23,766 nt of DNA from a virus. Below the pieces are notes generated by a model. That model had not been told where the DNA came from. It did no database searches and saw only the letters and a list, made by a program, of their open reading frames with translations. The stretch lies in IMG/VR virus record IMGVR_UViG_3300026211_000001. One strand, 5' to 3'. The translations under genes and the position numbers were made by a program. This document shows, piece by piece, positions 17,851-23,766 of the stretch (position 1 is its first letter; each line of letters starts with the position of its first letter).

Positions 17851-17918
17851 AAAAAAAAAGTAGCTCATCGTTTTCACGTCTGGTGGTATGGTGGAGACTG
17901 AAAATAACGAACTACTTT
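17851..17918 (-). terminator. Long imperfect hairpin with C-rich loop and U9 tract (terminator or small RNA)
   Basis: AAAGUAGU/GCUACUUU, UCGUU/AACGA, UUCA/UGAA and GUCU/AGAC stems, loop CCACCAUACCACC, then 9 U (plus-strand A run 17851-17859). Confidence 0.6.
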
Positions 17919-17923
17919 AAAAT

Positions 17924-18331
17924 TTTGAAATTTTTGGGGGTGTGAAAATACCATTTCACATTGAGCCACTTTGATAGATTACTTCATATCTCGTTTCCGA
18001 AAGTTACTTCGATTCTCTCTCAATGCTATTAAACATCGTTGAGGCGAATACAATTTCTAACCGATTGCTTTAATCCTCAAAGAAGATTTATTCAGCCAGT
18101 TCTCAGGGAGATTTCCTTTCGGGTACTCCCAATGAAGCGAAAAAGTTGGTTTACTTTCTCAAGTAGTGTTGACTCAAACTCCCGCACGGACTGTCATCCT
18201 AAAAACACCAACATTTAGGTGCTGATTCTCTACCATAGAGGATTGGGATACATTACAAGCCTTTATCAAAACCTGTTGTTCAGTCAACCCCACAGAAAGG
18301 TGTACGGCCTTTCTGCTTTGCCAATTTCAAA
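17924..18331 (-). ncRNA. Candidate large structured non-coding RNA (~410 nt), family unassigned
   Basis: No ORF of 60 aa or more; 9-bp terminal stem, two 7-bp long-range stems, at least eight local hairpins including GAGA and GAAA tetraloops; promoter-like and terminator-like flanks. Strand inferred from the flanking signals and the GNRA loops. Confidence 0.7.
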
Positions 18332-18360
18332 TGTCAAAAAACTGTTGTCTATTACTATAG

Positions 18361-18400
18361 ACTGATATTATATATATAAACCAAAAACGCCAAAACGTGA
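18361..18400 (-). promoter_or_regulatory. Putative promoter of the ncRNA candidate
   Basis: Minus strand TTTTGGCG...TTTATATATATAATATC with a perfect TATAAT at 18367-18372 and the ATATATAT core at 18370-18377. Confidence 0.5.
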
Positions 18401-18414
18401 TTTTTTTTTAATCA

Positions 18415-18744
18415 TTAAAAAAAGTTGTCCAGTGCATTTAAAGCTGTTACTAAGGCGTATGATAAAATTCCCCCGTATCCAAAATATAACCATTTGTTCT
18501 CATACCAACTTGCCTTAACTAACTTAGCTTTCTTTTCTGTAATAGTTAAATCTTCTTCTAACGATGCAACCTTCTGATTAAGTAAATCTATTTCTAAAGT
18601 TTTTAAGCTATCTGAAATAGATAGAGAATCGGCTCTAACTTGTAATTCTTGTATATTTTTGGCAAGTTCATCCGCCTGTTCTTTAGTTAAAGTTGTTTGG
18701 GAAAACCCAAATGATAATATTAAAACAATTATTAGTTTCTTCAT
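18415..18744 (-). CDS. Exported coiled-coil protein with C-terminal hydrophobic anchor
   Basis: Signal peptide MKKLIIVLILSFGFS/Q, heptad-rich middle, C-terminal WLYFGYGGILSYALVTAL. Confidence 0.75.
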   Translation of the reverse strand: MKKLIIVLILSFGFSQTTLTKEQADELAKNIQELQVRADSLSISDSLKTLEIDLLNQKVASLEEDLTITEKKAKLVKASWYENKWLYFGYGGILSYALVTALNALDNFF

Positions 18745-18992
18745 TTCTTCTTCGCAAAATCCTTCAAAAACTTAGCAGCGTCTTTTATCTTCTTTCTCTT
18801 AATAGGGTTCTTAGCTTTAGCTTGTGCTTTCTTAACCCGTTTCAGTTCCTTATCAACCTTTTTAACTTGTTTCTCAAGTTCTTCTTTCTTAACATCTATT
18901 TTCTTAACTTTGGATTTTTTTATTGATGTTGCTTTAGAACTCAATCCCATCAAACCCAAAATTAAAGCAACCAACTTAGCTAAAGTTTCCAC
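18741..18992 (-). CDS. Small protein with hydrophobic N-terminus and Lys-rich coiled coil
   Basis: GTG start with GAGGG upstream; LAKLVALILGLMGL followed by a K/E-rich helix; 4-nt overlap with the next gene. Confidence 0.7.
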   Translation of the reverse strand: METLAKLVALILGLMGLSSKATSIKKSKVKKIDVKKEELEKQVKKVDKELKRVKKAQAKAKNPIKRKKIKDAAKFLKDFAKKK

Positions 18993-18994
18993 TA

Positions 18995-19420
18995 TTAATT
19001 TCCCTCTAAATTTCTATCCCACGTATTAACATCTATTATTGAATAAATTCTTGTCGGTATTATATTTAATCCATCTTCATTTGTGAGAAGTAATGAATTT
19101 TTATATTCTTCCCAGGGTACTGAAAATGTCTTGTCAAGAATACCTTCGTTTAGTGATCTGATAACTTCATTAAGTGCATTTATTGTATAAAGAGTATTTG
19201 TCTGTTTCTTCCTATGTAGAGAAATTGTATCTTTAACATTTTCCATGAAATCATCTGAATACTCTATATTGTATGTGCAAATTAACTGATGATAATCTTT
19301 TTCATTTTGAAACACATAAATTTTGCTAAATACTATTTCATTACACTCAATAATTACATCAACTGTGTCGTGTAGTCTGTTTCTTCGGGTGAATGTACAC
19401 AACAATTGTGTTTTAGTCAT
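18995..19420 (-). CDS. Hypothetical protein (MTKTQLLCTF...)
   Basis: ORF on the coding strand; start moved from TTG 19432 to ATG 19420, which has GGAG upstream. Confidence 0.7.
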   Translation of the reverse strand: MTKTQLLCTFTRRNRLHDTVDVIIECNEIVFSKIYVFQNEKDYHQLICTYNIEYSDDFMENVKDTISLHRKKQTNTLYTINALNEVIRSLNEGILDKTFSVPWEEYKNSLLLTNEDGLNIIPTRIYSIIDVNTWDRNLEGN

Positions 19421-19469
19421 AATATTCTCCAACCATAAATTGAGTTCTCATAATAATTTATTCCACTCC

Positions 19470-20372
19470 TTAATAAACATCAAGCTTTCCTTTTCTATCC
19501 GTATACCACTTACGATATTTTGCTGGAGTTCCAATAGTGATTGGGTTATCACCTGTTGCAGTCGAAATAAGTTTTTCAAGACTGGCTTTTTGTTTGCTAT
19601 CCCCCCACTCCAAATCTTTTTTAGATGCTCTACTCATTACAAATATTTCTTTAATCTTTGCATTATATATCAAAATTTCATTCCACCAAGAAGAACCTTT
19701 TCTGGATGGTGTTGAAAGATTTTTCTTTACTAATTTTTTATGTTTTTTCAACAAATTATTTGACAAAGTAATATAGGCAGTAATTATTTCATTTGCCCTT
19801 TTATTTAATACTTTTTTAACTTCCGCTTCATATTCTTTGATATTATCTGCACCACCACCATATTTTTTCATCAGTTTATCTTTTACTTCCCACTCATAAT
19901 CTTGCCATTCATCACGGTCAGGTATCTTCTTTCTTTTTGCGGCGTTAAATGGCACCAGCTGTTTTTCCCTACCGAAAACTATTAGTGAAGATATCCATCT
20001 ACGACCTGTTTTATCGGGTTCACTTTGCATATCAATATATTTTCTTGCTAATAAAGTTCCTTCTAACCAAAATACAACTCCACCTTCAGTCTGAATACCC
20101 TTTCCTTTAGCTAACTGAGAGTCTTTACCCATTCGAGTGAATGTTGACATAGATTTTTTAGTACCAAGTAATCTTGTTACATTATCTAAATGGTCAAGAG
20201 TTGTTACATGAAAAGAAGTTATTGGTATTTTACCAATTATTTTTTCCATTGACTTTGGATAGATAGGAATAGTCCTACGCATAAGAGCCCATTTTAATGC
20301 TGATTTGGTATGTGCAGGATACCACTTATCTTCAATCCAATCTTCCATTAGTAAGTCTTTTAGTTTAATCAT
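19470..20372 (-). CDS. Hypothetical protein (300 aa), possibly ADP-ribosyltransferase fold
   Basis: Long ORF with TAATG overlap to the upstream gene; FHVT...SMSTFT...WNEIL is only suggestive of function. Confidence 0.7.
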   Translation of the reverse strand: MIKLKDLLMEDWIEDKWYPAHTKSALKWALMRRTIPIYPKSMEKIIGKIPITSFHVTTLDHLDNVTRLLGTKKSMSTFTRMGKDSQLAKGKGIQTEGGVVFWLEGTLLARKYIDMQSEPDKTGRRWISSLIVFGREKQLVPFNAAKRKKIPDRDEWQDYEWEVKDKLMKKYGGGADNIKEYEAEVKKVLNKRANEIITAYITLSNNLLKKHKKLVKKNLSTPSRKGSSWWNEILIYNAKIKEIFVMSRASKKDLEWGDSKQKASLEKLISTATGDNPITIGTPAKYRKWYTDRKGKLDVY

Positions 20373-22462
20373 TATACGTTACACTTACCTAAACCTGGTT
20401 TAGATTTTGTTCCTCTTTCAAGTTTATCTTGATTTTTAAGTTCTTCTGTTGATAAACCCTTTCTAAATTGTTCTTCACTTTGTCCTTTTTCCATAGCAAG
20501 TTTCATATTATGACAATATAAATTTCTTTGCATTGTCTCGGGTATTTTCATTTCTAAATTAGAAGTATTTAATTCGTTATATCCCTTTCCTCTATTTCTT
20601 ACACCAAATTCACATATAGTTATAGGTGGATCTGCTCCTTCAAATAATAATCTGTGTTCTCCTGGTGGATCTACATAATCTAATCTTAATTTAGTTTCTA
20701 ATTCCTTATAAGTATAAGGTTTACCTGTTTTTGGATTATCACCAAACATGGAAGCAAAAACTTCAGGACTTGCTGCCAAACCACCTAATGCCATTTTTTC
20801 TTCCCCACTCATAATAGCCTTTAATGGAAATTTCTCACTAATTAAATTCATCACATTATCATACATAACTTTACCTGCTGGTGTATTTCTATCAAGTGTT
20901 GTGCCTAAAAAGTCTCTCTCAAACTCTTTAGTTACTTCCATATGGTCATCAACTCTCTTTTGTGCTTTCTCATCTCCTGTACTTGCTAACATCTTATTAT
21001 ATGCTAACATAGCTTTCGCATAATATTTAGGATTATATGCGTCTTTTACTATCTTTTTTGCCTCTGGATTATCTTTTAAATACTTTCTAATTTTTCTTGG
21101 TGTAACTGGTGGAGGAATAGATCCAATCATATCTCTAACCGCCCTTAAATACTTTGGTGGGAACGCTTTACTTGGTAAAGATTGCGTTCCAGACATACTT
21201 TCAATATCATCATCACTTAATTTATTTGTTTTTTCTACATCTCCTGATGAAATCTCATAGCCCATTCTCTCTGAACTTTTTTGTTGTCTCTTTTGTGCAT
21301 AAAAAGGATTGGCGGGATTGTCTTTTCCATATAGTTCATCAGCCGCTATTTTTTCTCTCCTCAAATTTTCTTTTTGTAGTTTTTTAACTTCTACCTTATC
21401 TTCTTTAGTAAAAGGTTTTTTATTTCTTAATTCATCAATTCGTTTTTCATTTCTTTCATATGCCTTTTGTTGTGATTTAGGTAAAGTTGATATTGCACTT
21501 TGTTTAACAAATCCAACACTTGGTTGACTTAAAAATATTTTAGTATCTTTTTTTAATGAAACCTCAATTAACTGTCCATCGGCCGTTCTGAAATATACAT
21601 CAGTTGAAAATCCTTTGTTCCCATATGGTAATCCCATAGCTTCAACATCATCACGAACATCCCATGCGGCGTGTGAAATTTCTGTACCTTGTGATTCTGC
21701 AAAATTCCTAATTGTTTTTCGTGCACCTTCAATTGATTGTAACCACCCCTCATCAAACATAGCATCTTTTGGATTAACCATATTACTATTATTTTCTCTA
21801 ACTCTATCCATTAATTGTTTAAATTCTTTATCACCCATTGTTGCCGCCATCATAGTAAATACCTCTGCTGCCTGTGCTGGCATTTCACCTGCCCCAACTC
21901 CTTTCAAAAATTTTGACATATCAGGGTGATCTTTTCCTTCCCCTGAAGAAGAATTTAACATTCTCATTAAAACATCAACATATTTTTTAGGTACTCCTGG
22001 CCCAAATAATTTTTCTATTTCCTTACGAGTTATAGGTTTACCTTCTTTTAATTTTGCTTGTGGTGGTTTATTCTTTTCATAATCCTCATCATTAGGTTCA
22101 ACGTCAGAACCATAATGTTCCTTATTTACTTCACCTAAATTTTTATCCTTTTTAGGTTTTTCTTTCTTTTTATCACCTTTACCACTAACATACGCATCAG
22201 CAGTTTCTTTACTATCCATTCCATATCTTGCGCTATCTTCACCTTGTTTTAATCCTGCCCATCCAGTTTGAGTTTTCCACGTATCTCCTGGATTCCTTTT
22301 TTCAGTCAAATTATATATTAATTCATTTATAACTTCTTCATCCCAATTAAGGTCATTCAAAATATCATACAACTTAATTAAGTGTTGTTTATTGGTGAAA
22401 TCAGGCATACCATCACTAACCCTAAAACTTAATTCGTTCAGTATTTTATCGATATACTTCAT
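20372..22462 (-). CDS. Large hypothetical protein (~696 aa)
   Basis: Long ORF; start moved to ATG 22462 (ATGA overlap with the polA-like stop); contains STDVYF...IEVSLKK. Confidence 0.75.
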   Translation of the reverse strand: MKYIDKILNELSFRVSDGMPDFTNKQHLIKLYDILNDLNWDEEVINELIYNLTEKRNPGDTWKTQTGWAGLKQGEDSARYGMDSKETADAYVSGKGDKKKEKPKKDKNLGEVNKEHYGSDVEPNDEDYEKNKPPQAKLKEGKPITRKEIEKLFGPGVPKKYVDVLMRMLNSSSGEGKDHPDMSKFLKGVGAGEMPAQAAEVFTMMAATMGDKEFKQLMDRVRENNSNMVNPKDAMFDEGWLQSIEGARKTIRNFAESQGTEISHAAWDVRDDVEAMGLPYGNKGFSTDVYFRTADGQLIEVSLKKDTKIFLSQPSVGFVKQSAISTLPKSQQKAYERNEKRIDELRNKKPFTKEDKVEVKKLQKENLRREKIAADELYGKDNPANPFYAQKRQQKSSERMGYEISSGDVEKTNKLSDDDIESMSGTQSLPSKAFPPKYLRAVRDMIGSIPPPVTPRKIRKYLKDNPEAKKIVKDAYNPKYYAKAMLAYNKMLASTGDEKAQKRVDDHMEVTKEFERDFLGTTLDRNTPAGKVMYDNVMNLISEKFPLKAIMSGEEKMALGGLAASPEVFASMFGDNPKTGKPYTYKELETKLRLDYVDPPGEHRLLFEGADPPITICEFGVRNRGKGYNELNTSNLEMKIPETMQRNLYCHNMKLAMEKGQSEEQFRKGLSTEELKNQDKLERGTKSKPGLGKCNV

Positions 22463-23748
22463 ACAAACCTTCCTGTTATGTCTTTCATTTCGTGATAATT
22501 TGGTCCCCAACTTACTTTCGTAGGAAACTTGTCATGTCTTTCAATAACGTCCTTTACTTTTTTTAAAAACTCTAACCCGTCATTCAAACAAAAATCAAAT
22601 AAAAACGAATCATAACTATACAAAACCAATTTACTGTCATAACTCTCTAACTGTGGAATTAACCTTGTCAACATTTTCATGTTGCTTTCTGTCTCAAGTA
22701 ACTGAACAAGATAATTAAATACTTTGTTTTTATTCATATTCCGCAAATTCTTTTTGTATATTCGTTTTTTATAAATATCTGAAACAATAAATTCTTCCCT
22801 TTTATACTCTTTCCAAATTTTATTAATGTGTTTCTTTACCTCATTAAAAAATGGTATAGAATCGGATATTTCTTTTGGTATTCCACCGTATAAAAACTTA
22901 AAAGATAAAGCTTTACTCTCATTATAATCCACTCCATATTGTTCTGCTAAATACTGATGAATTGAGCCTTCTGGTAACTCATATCCTACAAGGTCTGCTA
23001 TCAATCTTAAATGATAACCATCAAAATCATACTCCACCAATACTCCTCTATTTCCAAATCTACTTACAAACGATTTTCTACTTCCATCGTTCTTATTCAA
23101 AGCTGCAAAATTAATTCCACCAAATCTATTTGATGGTCGTCCTGTTGAAGTATAAGGGTTATATTCACTATATACAACACTTTTATTTCTTTGAAGTCCA
23201 CTTGATTCCATATAAGTTAAGGATTCAATTACATCATTATTATATGTCATTATGTCAGAGTCTACATTTTTATTACAGTAAGGCTCCAATAACTTAACAA
23301 GTTTTCTGCAATATTCCAAGTGTTTTAATATTGGAATCACTTTATTTAAGTTTTTCTTGTGGTAAAATTTGGTGGTGAAGTACCGATGAGCATTTGTATC
23401 AACTTCATAAATGTCAAAAGGATGATTAGTGTCCATATAATACAATAAATTTATATCATACACATTTTTGAAGTTTGCTATGTGTGATAATCTCTTTTTA
23501 TCGTATGTATATTTTTTATTAGTGAAATTAGTGAGTTTTTGAAGGTGATCTTCGGTAAGATTTATCGCTTCACTGTGATTAAATGGCAAAATATAGTCTT
23601 CACCATCAAAAAACTTCGCATAAAGAAGCGATAATGGATTTTCTCTGGGATGTAATTTTATATCGGATAAAACGGGAACTAGTATACAATCTTCCAATTC
23701 GAATTTCGTTAAAAACTCGTTATACTGTTCTTCAGTGTCTACCACCAT
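22459..23748 (-). CDS. Family A DNA polymerase-like protein lacking the thumb subdomain
   Basis: TSTGRPS, motif A EYDFDGYHLR, motif B SKALSFKFLYGG, motif C YSYDSFLFD, degenerate exonuclease-like N-terminus; only 429 aa. Confidence 0.8.
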   Translation of the reverse strand: MVVDTEEQYNEFLTKFELEDCILVPVLSDIKLHPRENPLSLLYAKFFDGEDYILPFNHSEAINLTEDHLQKLTNFTNKKYTYDKKRLSHIANFKNVYDINLLYYMDTNHPFDIYEVDTNAHRYFTTKFYHKKNLNKVIPILKHLEYCRKLVKLLEPYCNKNVDSDIMTYNNDVIESLTYMESSGLQRNKSVVYSEYNPYTSTGRPSNRFGGINFAALNKNDGSRKSFVSRFGNRGVLVEYDFDGYHLRLIADLVGYELPEGSIHQYLAEQYGVDYNESKALSFKFLYGGIPKEISDSIPFFNEVKKHINKIWKEYKREEFIVSDIYKKRIYKKNLRNMNKNKVFNYLVQLLETESNMKMLTRLIPQLESYDSKLVLYSYDSFLFDFCLNDGLEFLKKVKDVIERHDKFPTKVSWGPNYHEMKDITGRFV

Positions 23749-23766
23749 ATTTATAACCTTTATTTA

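Noticed and set aside
18181-18230. Group I intron-like words (AAUCAGCA, GACAGUCC) and possible RNase P identity of the ncRNA
   Set aside because: No interrupted gene, core elements not in the right order or spacing, and no GAGGAAAGUCC RNase P signature.
17886-18291. tmRNA-like ends: GGGGUUG at 18291 and CUCCACCA near 17886-17893, with a possible G3-U70 pair
   Set aside because: No canonical 7-nt T-loop, no recognisable tag reading frame ending in Ala-Ala, and both ends have better pairing partners elsewhere. A cmscan run would settle it.
588-21929. Plus-strand ORFs in the track (e.g. 6132-6470, 14326-14646, 15158-15616, 19323-19715) and the short minus-strand ORFs 4331-4555 and 21568-21765
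   Set aside because: They are antisense or alternate-frame shadows of well-supported genes, with no recognisable motifs or RBS.
1-23766. Alternative genetic code, introns or inteins, tRNAs, CRISPR arrays, IS elements
   Set aside because: Core genes are full length in code 11 and end in TAA, TAG and TGA. PolB, NrdJ, helicase and UvsX are of normal size. No cloverleaf, repeat-spacer array or transposase was seen.

Overview
All supported genes lie on the minus strand and form a T4-like DNA replication/recombination module of a large AT-rich bacteriophage. The core genes are gp32-like SSB, UvsX/RecA, T4 RNase H-type 5' nuclease, gp41/DnaB helicase, class II ribonucleotide reductase NrdJ, family B polymerase, sliding clamp and both clamp-loader subunits. 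Accessory genes include two related amino-methyltransferases, a ClpP-like protease, two zinc-ribbon proteins, a complete TonB-dependent outer-membrane receptor directly behind the B12-dependent NrdJ, a thumb-less family A polymerase, two small membrane coiled-coil proteins and several unknowns. Strongest leads: (i) a ~410-nt ORF-free, heavily base-paired RNA candidate at 17924-18331 with its own promoter-like and terminator-like signals; (ii) the nrdJ / H-type pseudoknot / TonB-receptor arrangement; (iii) the thumb-less PolA. A Bacteroidota/Marinimicrobia-like (FCB group) host is an inference from the secreted proteins. All family calls come from motif recognition by eye, not database searches.
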